Shown: positions 39,891-52,182 of the stretch, in pieces
How positions within the stretch are numbered: position 1 is the stretch's first letter
Layout: each line of letters starts with the position of its first letter
Assembly (NCBI RefSeq): GCF_001194135.2
Contig: NC_068983.1
Location: 4,949,852-5,013,851, forward strand
Length of the DNA stretch: 64,000 bases
From: Octopus bimaculoides
Lineage: Eukaryota
Direction: 5' to 3'
Notes under the pieces: model-generated
What the model was told of the DNA's origin: nothing
What the model saw: only the letters and a program-made list of their open reading frames with translations
Database searches by the model: none
Translations under genes and position numbers: made by a program

Positions 39891-40018
39891 AAGATGTCAA
39901 GTCTCTGTCATTACCTGGTTCCTACCAGGATAAAATTACTTCCGTTGGAAAGTCTTTGAGGAAATTCAGTCGTCTGAAGGTGCTGGATTTATCTCGAAAT
40001 TCTCTCACAAGTCTTTCT
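39891..40018 (+). CDS. CEP72: CEP72-like exon 2 (DVKSLSLPGSYQDKITSVGKSLRKFSRLKVLDLSRNSLTSLS), LRR
   Basis: TTTGCAG acceptor and GTAAGT donor. Strong match to CEP72 SLSIPGTYQEKI...LDLSRNSL. Confidence 0.93.
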
Positions 40019-41382
40019 GTAAGTACTTCATAAAAGCAAAGCTTATTTCCTTTTAACAGAAACACCTGATCAATTTATGACTCATCCACAAAGCTAATTA
40101 AATCATATATTTTGATTAGATGACTTAATTGGGACAATTAGATTCATAATAAAAGCTTTTCAAATGTAACTGTTTGGATATTGGTCTGAGATTAAGTGTT
40201 GAGAATAAAACGGTTCCTTTTTATCTTTTACTTGTTCCAGTCATTGTACTGTGGCCATGCTGGGGCACAGCCTTGAAGAATTTTTAGTCAAATGAATGGA
40301 CCCCAGTAATTATTTTTCTTTAAAGCCTGATACTTATTCTCTTGGTCTCTTTTGCCAAACCGTTAAGTCAAGCTTTGATGGAGGACAAACACAGACACAC
40401 AGACATGACAGGCTTTCTTCAGTTCCTGTCTACCAAATCCACTCACAAGGCTTTGTCAGCCTGAGACTATGGTAGAAAACACTTGCCCAAGGTGCCATGC
40501 AGTGGGACTGAACCCCTTCCCTTGATCCCTTAAGCATATGCTTATTTTGCTTAATGGTCAGGTGTCATGACCCCTAGGGTTCATAAGCTTAGAGGTCAAC
40601 AGAGCTTCAACAGGTATATAAGTGACTGAGATTGTAACACACTCATCTGAACGGGATGCCAGTCCTTCATAAGGTTAACTTCCCAGCTATTGTTGGAATG
40701 CTGCCTAACTGCCTTCCATGCCAAAAAGCACCATTCAAGCATGGTGTCAGTGCCGTGTAACTGGCCCCCATGCCGGTGGCATGCAAAAAGCGCCATCCAA
40801 ACGTAGTCGACACCAGTGGCCTCTCACTGGCTCCCATGCCGGTGGCACATAAAAAGCACCAGTCAAGTGTGGTCATTGCCAGTGCCACCTGACTGGCCCT
40901 CGTGCCGGTGTCATGCAAAAAGCATTCACTACACTCTCAGCGTGATTGGCGTTAGGAAGGGCATCCAGCTGTAGGAACCTTGCCAGAACAGATTGGAGCC
41001 TGGTGGAGCCTTCTAGCTTGCTAGTCCCCAATCAAACTGTCCAACCCATGCCAACATGGAAAGCAGATGTTAAATGATGATGATGATGAGGAGGAGGGTG
41101 GTGGACTGGAGCAACATGCTCAAGAACACAACGTACCAATCAGTCCAGGAATTGAAACTATGAGCTTATGATCATGAGTCCAACATCCTAACCATTGTAC
41201 CTTCGCTCTACCAGGCTCTCCCAGATCTAAAAAATACCCCAACACCTGCCATATATCCTGGCAGCACCCCTATGGTTCCATAAAGAGTTGAAGGCCCAAA
41301 GCAAAGACAAAATTCCTTTTAGTTTAAACATTTAAAATCTTCCTCTTGTTCTGTGACTCTCACTGAATTCCTTTTGTTGCAG

Positions 41383-41420
41383 GGTCTTGAACATTTAAAG
41401 CTGTTGGAAAAACTCAATCT
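41383..41420 (+). CDS. CEP72: CEP72-like exon 3, 38 nt (GLEHLKLLEKLN-L)
   Basis: TTGTTGCAG acceptor and an LRR register matching GIQYLTALESLNL. Followed by GTATCCTTT. Confidence 0.9.
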
Positions 41421-43133
41421 GTATCCTTTATGAATAGAAAATAATCTGTTTGCATTGAAATTAATTTGTTATTTTTTAGAAAAAGTCATATTCAACCATT
41501 TACTGATCCAAAATCATTATAATTCAAATGGTAATCTTGATCTCCAACTTTACATGGAGGTTGTATTAGAATACACAGAATATAGCATTATTTAGCTTGA
41601 GATGATCTCTTGTAAGGACTCATGTTGCATAAAAACCCTTGTATTTATATTGTTGACTGATGAGAATCATCTGCTACAGTCCTTTGGAACTGCCAGATCC
41701 CCTGATTTCATCCTGCTATGGGTTCCTCAGTCACAGATGTCCAGCAGCATGATAATAGCTAACTCTTCCGTCAACAATATATATAAAATCTCAGCACTGC
41801 TATTAATTACTTTTTAATGAACCCACTGATTATTTGTGACACTGATTATGTGTGACACCAGTGCTTGAATAGATACTAAGATATACATCACCAGTTGAAT
41901 TTGTAAACCCATGGTTGCTTTACTGAATTGATATGGTATATTTTAGAGAGTGGTATATAAAACAGGCAGTGCTCAGCTGGAGTTTAATAGGTACAGGGTT
42001 TAATTCTCTGTAACACCTTGCTGGTCATTTTTTATAGGTTCAGGTGTGGCTGTGTGGTAACAAGCTTGCTTCCCAACCACTTGATTCTGGATTCAGTCTC
42101 ACTGTATGGTACCTTGGACAGGTGTCTTGTACTATAGCCTTAGGCCAACCAAAGCCTTGTGAGTGGATCTGATAGATGGAAACTGAAAGAATTCTGTTGT
42201 TTTGGCCAATGACAGTATCGCCTGATTGGCACCTATGCCAGTGGAACATTAAAAGCACCATTTGAGCGTGATCATTGCTAGGGCCGCTGACTGGCTCCTC
42301 TGCAGGTGGCACATAAAAAGCACCATTCGAGTGTGGCCAATGCCAGTACCACCTGACTGGCCCTTGTGTCGGTGGCATGTAAAACCACCCACTACACTCT
42401 CCAACTGGTTGGCATTAGGAAGGGCATCCAGCTGTAGAAACTTTGCCAGATCAGATTGGAGACTGGTGCAGCCTTCTGGCTCGCCAGCCTTCAGTCAAAC
42501 CGTCCAACCCATACCATCATGGAAAGCAGACGTTAAATGATGATGATGATGATATATCTATATATATTTATATATGTACAGGGTGGCCCAAAAGTAGGTT
42601 TACAGATATCATGTAGGCACTTTAAATTTCTTTTAAAACATTTTATTACATTTAAATTTCTATCTTACAAACCGAAATGGAGCTTGACATAATTAACTAA
42701 ATTAGCATAGAATAATGGTTTCATATTTTTCTATAATTAAGATCTAAATTGTTAATATATGAATGCAAAGGAGATAGTTGAATAACTGTAAACCTACTTT
42801 TAGGAGCCACCCTGTTTGTATTTGTCCTCCACCACTGCTTGACAACTGGTGTTGGTATATTTACATCCCAGTAACTTAGCAGTTTGGCAAAAGAGTCTGA
42901 TAGAATAAATACCAAGTTTTTTAAAAAATAAGTGCTGGGGTTAATTCATTTGACTAAAAATTCTTCAAGGTGGTGCCCCAGCATGACCGCAGTCTAAAGA
43001 CAAACCAGTAAAGGACAAACAACACACACACACACACACACATACTTCTGTATATACATGTGTTTGTGAGAAGAGAGACAAACAGATCAGCTGATGTAGA
43101 ACTTCAATTTGATCCTTAAAAGTCTGATGGCAG
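41421..43133 (+). other. U12-type (minor spliceosome) GT-AG intron, phase 2
   Basis: The 5' splice site GTATCCTTT is the exact U12 consensus. TCCTTAA branch site at 43113-43119, 14 nt from a CAG acceptor with no pyrimidine tract. Joining CT|A restores Leu-Tyr-Tyr-Asn. Confidence 0.88.
42579..42814. mobile_element. Tc1/mariner-type MITE inside the U12 intron
   Basis: TIRs CAGGGTGGCCCAAAAGTAGGTTTACAG and CTGTAAACCTACTTTTAGGAGCCACCCTG, with TA on the left. Confidence 0.75.
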
Positions 43134-43288
43134 ATATTACAATAATATAGCTTCTTTGGAAGAGCTGAAGGTGTTGCAGAAGAACCAGAACTTGCTGGAA
43201 TTAGATTTACGCCTGAATCCAGTGACACGTAATGATCCAGACTATCGACTTTATCTCATTCAGCTGCTGCCTAACTTACAGAAACTAG
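43134..43288 (+). CDS. CEP72: CEP72-like exon 4 (YYNNIASLEELKVLQKNQNLLELDLRLNPVTRNDPDYRLYLIQLLPNLQKL-D), LRR and LRR cap
   Basis: LxLxxNPV...DYRL...LP.L..LD LRR cap motif. GT donor at 43289. Confidence 0.93.
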
Positions 43289-43439
43289 GTACGGTTCCTT
43301 GAATCACCTGACTTTATCCTTTGTTTCATGGTCACAGGTGTATACCTATGTGTGTTGATATGAACTGATAACTAAATGTTTAGATATGTGTGTATTTTTG
43401 TGTGTGTGTGTGTGTGTGGCTAGGTATGTGTATATACAT

Positions 43440-43700
43440 ACGAGGGAGTGCTGAAAAGTTCCTAGCTTTAGGTAAAAGAAAATACAGGAGGATCAGTCAA
43501 TTATGATTTCATTCAATATATTCCCCTTCTCAGATTCACACGCTTATTGCAGCAGCCCTTCAGTTTTTCAAAGCCCTGTAAAAGAACTCAGAAGGTTGGG
43601 CCTTCAACAGGGCCTTTCACAATACCCTTACAGTCAGGAACTTTTCAACAGCCCTTCACACGAGAAATATCAAGCACCATCCGAGCATTATTCTAAAGAT
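43440..43700 (+). mobile_element. Mariner 5'-end fragment
   Basis: Begins TA-CGAGGGAGTGCTGAAAAGTTCC, a mariner-type TIR. No partner TIR is seen. Confidence 0.45.
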
Positions 43701-44227
43701 GTAATAACGTATATAGAGAACAAATGTATTGCTACAATTATCTACCACCCTACCCACTTATCCATTTACCTGCATACCTACCCACCCACCTACCCCTACT
43801 TTCTTACCTACCTACCTACCATTTTGGATGGTTTGACAAGATCTGGTGAGCTAAAAGACTGCATTGAACTCTCCTGTATGTTTTGGCTTGGTTTCTATAG
43901 CTAGATGCCCTTCTTAATGCCAACCACTTTACAGAGTGTCATGAGTGCTTTTATCATGACCGTGCCGGTGGCACCATTCAAGTGTGGTTGTTGCCAGTGC
44001 TGCCAGACTGGCCCCCGTGCAGGTAGCACGTGAAAAGCACCTTCTGAGTGTGGTCATTGCCAGAACTGCCTGACTGGCCCTCGTGCCGGTGGCACGTAAA
44101 AGCATCCACTACATTATATATATATACAGCAGAATATTTGCTGTAGGCCATCTTTTATACCAAGACAAAACAATGTTATTATTATTATTATTATTTATTA
44201 AAAAAAAAATTTTTTTAATATTTGCAG

Positions 44228-44371
44228 ATGATCGCTGCATTCGTGATCGAGAACGACAATCAGCACAGCTTCATTTCAGTGAATCTGAAGACTTTGGGCA
44301 GAAACCAGAACCAGAGTGTGACATTAGTAACTCCCGTGCCCAGTTTGTAAAATCACTTGTTTGTGGTAAAG
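44228..44371 (+). CDS. CEP72: CEP72-like exon 5 (DDRCIRDRERQSAQLHFSESEDF...KSLVCGK)
   Basis: TTTGCAG acceptor; matches DDRPVRASERKASRLHF. The donor is at 44372, or at the in-frame alternative 44366. Confidence 0.88.
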
Positions 44372-45574
44372 GTAGAACACCTTATCTCTTTCACTCACTT
44401 TTCTTCGAATTACACCTCATGGTTCTGAATACTTATTCATGCTCTTATTTAATTCATGTCAGACGCCTTCCTGCAGAGATATTAGGTGCACGTGATTACC
44501 ATTTAATTATTTCTCTCCATTATACATAACTAGCAATTGACAATTAATTAAATATTCATTTTCAAATTTTGGCACAAGGCCAGCAAGTTTGGGGGAGGGG
44601 GCTTAGTCAATTACATCAACCCCACTATTCAACTCGTTCTTATTTTATCAACCCTGAAAGGACAAAACGCAAAGTTGACCTCTGTGGAATTTGAACTCAG
44701 AACGTAAAGACAGACAAAATACAGCTAAGTATTTTGTCAGACGTGCTAATAATTCTGCCGGCTCACTGCCCATAGTTAATTAAGTTTTGGCACAGGGCCA
44801 GTAATTTTGGGGAAGGGGGCTAGTTGACCTCTGTATTCAACCAGTACTTATTTTATTGACCCTTGACCCTTTTAAGGGTCTCTGAGATAGATGGGAGGAA
44901 GGGAGGCATTTATTCTCAGACTAAGTTTAAGTTCTTGCAACTGAGTGGACCCCATTAATGACACCCAAAGGCCAAGTGACACATTATATATGCCATCTAA
45001 GAACAGAAATGGTGCTGCTGATGGACTTCCATACAATTTCTCTCTATTAAATTTCATTCGCAAGGCTTTGCTCATCCTGAAGTTATGTCAGATGAGTGAA
45101 AATTCCATGCAGTGGGATTGAAGCTGGAACGACATTGCTGCATTGTTAACAAATCAGTTGTGTTCTTCACAGGCAATAACACATCATAGCAGGAATCGTT
45201 TGACCAATTTTCTGTTGCTTCTAGAATGATGACCTGACAAAGTTTTTTTCTACCATACACTTGCCATACATTTGTATATACACATGGTACCCCTGCACGA
45301 TGTTACGTTCGAGCAGAAAATAAATGGCTCCAAAACATTGAAACCATTGTTCTCCTTTGTTATCCCAGTGGTGATTCTGACCCCACTTGCCTAGATTTCT
45401 ACATGAAGCAGCAACAGTTATGGTTGTTTTTCCCCCTGATAATTTGATCGTTTATACTTTTAATGTTTATCTGTCTTTCTTTCCTTCCTGTAAAAATATG
45501 TTGTTAATAAAAATCACAAGAATTACCATAAAAGATAGAAGAATAGTCTATTCCCTAATACAATTCTATATTTA

Positions 45575-46336
45575 AGAGATGAGGAATTATGTACATTATT
45601 TACATTTGGCGGATATTTGTCCTCATCTTGTTTGTTGTTAACACGTTTCGGCTGATATAGCCTCCAGTCTTCATCAGGTGTCTTGGAGAAATTTTGAACT
45701 TGGGTTCTCATTCCTAAGGTATTTTTTGATATTATTATTATTATTATTATCATTATTCAGGTCACTGCCTGGAATTGAACTTGGAATCTTGGAGTTAGTA
45801 CCCCACGCTCTTAACCACTATGCCATATGCCTGTGGGCAATTATGGAGTGAATTTTGGGGCTTATAAATCTAATATTAAGGAAGGATAGGAAAATATTTG
45901 ATTTATAAGCCCTAAAATTCACTCCATAATTGCCCACGGGCATATGGCATAGTGGTTAAGAGTGCGGGTTACTAACCCCAAGATTCTGAGTTCGATTCCA
46001 GGCAGTGGAATAATAATAACATTGAAAATTACCTTAGAAATGAGAAACCAGGTTCGAAATTTCCCCAAGACACCTGATGAAGGCTGGAGGGTATATCAGC
46101 TGAAACGTTATGTTAACAACAAACAAGATGAGGACAATTGCAGTGTGGAAGGTGTTTATAAGCCATTTAAGAAACACACAAAAACCGTTAGATTCACTTC
46201 AACACAGCTTATAAACACCTTCCACGCTGCAATTGTTTTCGTTCCAGCAAACAATCTCAGATCAGGTCACTTGCTATGCAAGTACATCTCCGTAAAGATG
46301 AGGACAAATATCCATCAAATGTCAATAATGTAAATA
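45575..46336. mobile_element. Inverted pair of tRNA-headed hammerhead-ribozyme elements, locus 2 (most complete)
   Basis: Arms 45617-45870 and 45900-46137 are reverse complements around a 29-nt spacer. A box TGGCATAGTGG at 45945-45955, B box GAGTTCGATTCC at 45988-45999, HHR at 46069-46114. Confidence 0.8.
46069..46114 (+). ncRNA. Minimal type-I hammerhead ribozyme motif (sense to the CEP72 pre-mRNA)
   Basis: GACAC-CTGATGA-A-GGCTGG-agggtata-TCAGCT-GAAA-CGTT-ATGTT. The core is intact, with one stem I mismatch. Confidence 0.65.
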
Positions 46337-46394
46337 AAGTCTGTTCCCTATTTTATATTTTATTCCATGTGTTCTCTTTCTTTTTTTTTTCAAG

Positions 46395-46517
46395 TATTCA
46401 GTGATGATATCGGTGTCCTTGATATCCTTGATCCCACTCGTACTAAATTTATTCAACCACAACAGTTATCTGGTTCAGCAGCCAAGCAACCTTCTATTGA
46501 GGTATATTCTTTTGAAG
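46395..46517 (+). CDS. CEP72: CEP72-like exon 6 (VFSDDIGVLDILDPTRTKFIQPQQLSGSAAKQPSIEVYSFE)
   Basis: Poly-T CAAG acceptor. SDDIGVLDIL resembles CEP72 ADDEAVLNLI. The GTAAAC donor gives the phase 1 needed by the next exon. Confidence 0.75.
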
Positions 46518-49500
46518 GTAAACACCATTTTATTTCGTTTATTTTTTTTTGGTACTTTTTGGTTATCTCACCCCCATTAAAAAATTGGGTTATCTTCCCT
46601 GTTTTATGAGAAATATTGGTACTTTTGGTCCTCTCCCTCAATTGAAAAAATTGTTTAACCCTCAATGAAACAAAACAAAAAAAAACTGAAAAAATTATTA
46701 AACATGGAAAATGGAATGATAGAACTTCTTATTGAATCTGATATTTTTGTAACAAACCATACCATTCCTATAAAGGAGGCCAAAAGTCAACAATGTGTTG
46801 AAGCATTGAATCAAAAGGATCTTCTAACTCTTTTAATCCAATCTCTTGTTGCCACTTAAATTCAATTTTTTAGTCGGAAGAAAACCTAGTTTTTTAATGG
46901 CAATTTTNNNNNNNNNNNNNNNNNNNNNNNNNNNNNNNNNNNNNNNNNNNNNNNNNNNNNNNNNNNNNNNNNNNNNNNNNNNNNNNNNNNAGATAACCAA
47001 AAAGTACCATTTTTTTTTTCTATCTTCTACTTGTTTCAGTCATTAGACTGCAGCCATGCTGGGGCACCACCAGGAACAATTTAAAGCCTGGTGCTTACTA
47101 TGTTGTTCTCTCTTGCAGAACCACTAAGTTATGGGAATGTAAAAAAAAAAAGGGACTAAAAGTGTGTGTGTGTACAATGGGCTTCTTTCAGTTTCCATCT
47201 ACCTAATCCACTCACAAAGCTTTGATCAGCCAAGTGTGTGCATCTAGTCATCTAATGAATCTTGGATGGAGAATCTTTAGAATGTCTTAGAAATCTCCAC
47301 TGTGCCGCTAATAGATTGGATTTGGAGAATCCGTATTAGTTTCTTTTGTCCTTTCTTCAAAAAAACCTTGTATTTCTAAGTTTTTGTGTAAATTTGTATG
47401 TATGTATGTGTGTGGGTGTGTGAGCAAATATTTTCAACCTGCAGGTGAGCAATATTACAAACAGTGATTTCATAGTTTTTAGCCATGCTACAAACGGCGA
47501 TGTCACCCTTAGTGGTTTGGCTGCAATTGGTAACGTTTGTTGATATTTCCTGCTAAAATCTTCTATTAGCTTTGGGCTTTCAAATTCTTCTGGAGTTAGA
47601 TTAGAGTTTCCTTTCTTAAAAAGAACTTGTAAGAATTGACAACAGGAGCATCCAGCCATTAAAATCTTAATACAAGTACCTTCTTGTCTAACCTTGACTA
47701 TCATAGAAGAACAAATATGTTAAATGAACGAATGACAGTCGATATTCTGTTATGTCATTTTCTGGTTGAAATATGTTGACTTGTTTTAAACCAAATATCT
47801 CACCTGATACTCTTTCACCAGAAACATGGCTTTTGTTTAAATATTTACATACACATAAATATGTGAAACATTTCAGCATTGCTAGTGAATGTATTTTAGA
47901 TGTTGTGGAACAAAGGAAGAAAATGATGTCATCACAAACATATTTTCAGAAATTTCATCAGAAACATCATGACAAACTGTAACATTTCTAACCAAAACAC
48001 TAGCAAAATACATATTTGTTTTTTAGCACAACGTCACTGTTTCGATAATAAATATAAATTATATATTGAGTATATATCATATATATATATATATAAAATT
48101 AACAGAATGAGATAAAAAATCCAAGGGTGTGTATAGTTTCCAGAACATTTATAAAGAGAAAGTCTTACAGCTGTTTCCGGGATATTTTATATATCCCTTC
48201 ATCAGAGGCAGTGTGAGAAAATGTTTAAGTAAATAGTTATTATAGAGAATATATGAAATACAGAGTGAAGTGGAGGAATGAAAACAGACGTGAGATACGT
48301 AAGGATATTGTATGTGCAGTTCCATTATTTAAGCAGAATGGTGTATATATAAGTTTCCTGTACCTTTTGATGTGAATACCTCTTATACCCTATATATATA
48401 TATATGTCTATATATATATATGTATATATATATATATGTATATATCAAAAAGATGTGTTATAATGCTGTTCCACATATACAAAAACCGCAATACCAACTA
48501 TCCAACATACCTCCATCATCNNNNNNNNNNNNNNNNNNNNNNNNNNNNNNNNNNNNNNNNNNNNNNNNNNNNNNNNNNNNNNNNNNNNNNNNNNNNNNNN
48601 NNNNNNNNNNNNNNNNNNNNNNNNNNNNNNNNNNNNTCATCATCATCATCATCATCGTTTAACGTCCGCTTTCCATGCTAGCATGGGTTGGACGATTTGA
48701 CTGAGGACTGGTGAAACCGGATGGCAACACCAGGCTCCAGTCTGATTATATATATATATATAGGTGGCAAGCTGTCAGAATCATTAGCATGCTGGTGGAA
48801 ATGTTTAGCAGTATTTCATCTGCAGCTACATTCTGAGTTCAAATTCCTCTGAGGTCAACTTTGCCTTTCATTCTTTTGGGGGTCAATAAATTAAGTACCG
48901 GTGAAACACTGGGGTTGATGCCAGTTCTGCGTGATTGCCCCTCATGCTGGTGGTACATAAAAAGCACTCACTACACTCTTGGAGTGGTTGGTGTTAGAAA
49001 CCTTGCCAGATCAGATTGGAGCCTGGTGCAGCCTCCTGGCTTGACAGTACTCAGTCAAACCATCCAACCCATGCCAGCATGAAAAGCGGACGTTAAACGA
49101 TGATGATGATGATATATACATACTTACACACACACACATATATATATGTAAAATGATTGAATGTAAAATATTTTGACAATTTCATCAAAACATTAGTTTC
49201 AAATTTTAGCACATGGGCAGCAAATTTGGAGGAAGGGGTAAGTCGATTACATTGACCTCCAGTTCTGAACTGGTACTTATTTTATCGACCCGGAAGGATG
49301 AAAGGCAAAGTCGACCTTGGTGGAATTTGAAATCAGAACTCCGGACGTAAAGGAGGTAGGACATGGAACAATATCAAGTTGCCAGAAGGGAATTTAGATT
49401 CTTTTATCTTTTACTTGTTTCAGTCTTTAGACTGTGACCATGCTGGAGCACCACCTTAGACCAAATCAACCCCTGTACTTTTTAAAAATCCTGGTACTTA

Positions 49501-50627
49501 TTCTAATAGTCTCTTTTTGCTGAACCACTAAGTTACAGGGGATGTAAACACACCAACACCAGTTGTCAAGCAGTTTTGGAGGTACAAACACTGGCACGAA
49601 GACACATACACACTCACTCGTATATACGACATGCTTCTTTCAGTTTCCTTCTCTGAAATTCACTCACGAGGTTTGGTCAGCCCAAGGCTATTGTTGAAGT
49701 TGCTTGCCCAAGATTCCACGAACTTCTATATTCGGCACCCTCAATCCAACCCACTCACCCAGTCCATGCCCTGACACATCTTTGCCTTCATCTTTTTACT
49801 GCTTTCCTCATCTCACCACACCTGAAGTAAGAAACTCTGTTTGCTGCACCATGTCATGTTTCCCTGGTTTTGTCGGTTTCAAATGGTCATCCATGCTTCT
49901 GTAACTTAGCTTTCACTAAGGTAGCGGTGTCGGCTCCACACAAACCCATTCTACTTCTGGGAAGATGTGATCCATATTAGCTTGGCCTTTATCCTTTGAT
50001 CTGCCCAGTATTAGAGGCTTTCTCTGTTGACATAATTCTCTGGATCATTGAGGCACATCACAAGAAGGATGGCACCTTGTGGTGGAAATCCACACTCTGC
50101 CAGACCACAATTGATCGTCTGACCAACACACATCCACATATTACACAAGCTTCCTCCCACTACTTCAAGTCAGTGTTCCATGATAACTATCCTTGGCAGT
50201 ACGTGTACTTCATCCTTGTCTCATCAGAAACAAATGGCTGAAAGAATACTCTCAGTTACGTCCCTTGACACATAAAGGTCTCACAGCTCTCAAATCCTCT
50301 GAGTGGTTCACGCATAAATGCACCCCAGCTCCCTAATAACCACGGAGAAAATCGTCCATTCCTATACACTGGATATAAGTCTGAGTAAACAGGGGAGATA
50401 ACTAGAAGATATCCTTGAGAGAAATGTGTAACTGATGAATAGTGGGGTTGCAGTGTTATGCATCCATATATAACCAGATAAATGCTGTTGAGACATTCAG
50501 TATGAGATTAATCATCATCATCATCATAGCCATCACCATTTAAAGTCCATGTTCCATGCTGACAGGGATTGGTTAATTTGATAGTATCTGATGACTCCAG
50601 GGACTAGATTGTTCTGTATTTTTTGGA

Positions 50628-51100
50628 GATGAGGAATTCTGCACATCATTTACATTGGACGGATGTGTCATCTTGTTTGTTGTTAACACAACGTTTTGGC
50701 TGATATACCCTCCAACCTTCATCACGTGTCCTGGTGACCAGGAGACCTAGTGCAGATATGAATACCATATGGGAACCGGTATTAAGGAAGGATATAAAGA
50801 TATTAGGTTTATAAGCCCTAAAATTCACTCTATAATTGTCCCCGGGCATATAGCATAATGATTCCGAGTTCAATTCCAGGCAGTACCTTGAATAAATAAT
50901 GATAATAATAATAACATCAGCAATAATACCTTAGGAATGAGAATTGGATATAAGTCTGAGTAAACAGGGGAGATAACTAGGGTTGGGTTCAAAATTCCAC
51001 CAGGACACCTGATGAGGGCTGGAGAGTAAATCAGCCAAAACGCTGTGGTAACAACAAACAAGACGAGGACACATATCTGTCCAATATAAATAATGTGGCA
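50628..51100. mobile_element. Inverted pair of hammerhead-type elements, locus 3 (decayed cores)
   Basis: Minus HHR remnant at about 50680-50730. Plus copy with a partial tRNA-like head and CTGATGA at 51009-51015; GAAA is mutated to AAAA. Confidence 0.7.
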
Positions 51101-51419
51101 GGGTTTCTATAACGCCAGCCACTCTACAGAGTGCCTCCAGCATTAATGAATTCGCCATTTACGAAGATTCTACATGGTCACTTGACTTTCTAGAAATAGT
51201 AAACTCCCATTGTATACAATGTTTACTTGGTGCCACGTTTCAGGTAATCCTTGCCTGGGATTGATCTCAGAACCCCTAGGTGACTGCAATGCCTTTATGT
51301 ATGATAGATGTGTGTATGTGGGTGTGTGTATGTGTATATGCGAATGTAGGCAAACGGATATGAAAGTTAACAGATAGACATACAGACGGATAGGTACGTA
51401 GGTAATAGGAATAGACTAG

Positions 51420-51800
51420 CACACATACAACAAGGAAGAATGAAACACACGACCACACACACACACACACTTCACTTCACACAAGGACACATATGGAGAC
51501 ACACATCCACACATACAGATACAGTCGCAAAAAAACCATACACAGACACAGACACACTCAGATATGCATGCACAAGGAGACAGGTACACACACACACACA
51601 CATGCAAACAAACACATACACACGTAAAAACACACAAACACATGAGTATGCAAAATACATACATACAAACGTACACACATACATACATATATACATACGC
51701 GCACACGCACGCACACATACGTGCATACACGTCTATGCACACACACACACACACACTGATCCACACACACACACACTGATCCACACACATGCGCACAAAC
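51420..51800. repeat. Degenerate (CA)n low-complexity tract
   Basis: ACAC-rich. It produces spurious HT/CV-rich ORFs. Confidence 0.85.
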
Positions 51801-52075
51801 AAAAAGAATGCAGCTTGAATGACGGACAGAGTTAACAACTATTGAAAAGGTTGCAAGATGCAACGAAAGTTCTAGAAAAATACATAAGTAAATGAATGGA
51901 AATTTTACCGGTGTGTGTGTTAAATTATAAGGCACTAAAAGAAAATGACCCCCCCCCAACACCACAGAATATCAAGGGAAATAATTGTTATAAGTTAGTA
52001 GAAGTTGTTTCCCCTCGATCGATAAACTTGCATTGTTGCCAGGTAAGCTGGAATGGTGCTTTAATTATCCTCTAA

Positions 52076-52182
52076 ACCTGGTTCCCAACCTGTGGTTCGC
52101 AAAGGTAGTACTAGGGGTCCGTAGGAAAACTCATTTGAATAAAAGAGGTCCTTGGTAGTGAAAAGGGTGGGAACCACCACTC
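52076..52182. mobile_element. Short hAT-like MITE
   Basis: Imperfect TIRs TGGTTCCCAACCT and AGGGTGGGAACCA. Confidence 0.4.

Noticed and set aside
45938-46005. Functional tRNA gene (also the SINE A and B heads)
   Set aside because: A and B boxes are present, but there is no acceptor stem and the anticodon arm is only 3 bp. The heads are fused to repeat bodies.
46495-46507. GAG|GTATAT as the exon 6 donor
   Set aside because: It is phase 0, which is incompatible with the only open frame of the next exon. The donor at 46518 fits.
51276-51965. Multiple Cys/Val- or His/Thr-rich ORFs (and YI-rich ORFs elsewhere)
   Set aside because: They are translations of (CA/TG)n and (TA)n microsatellites.
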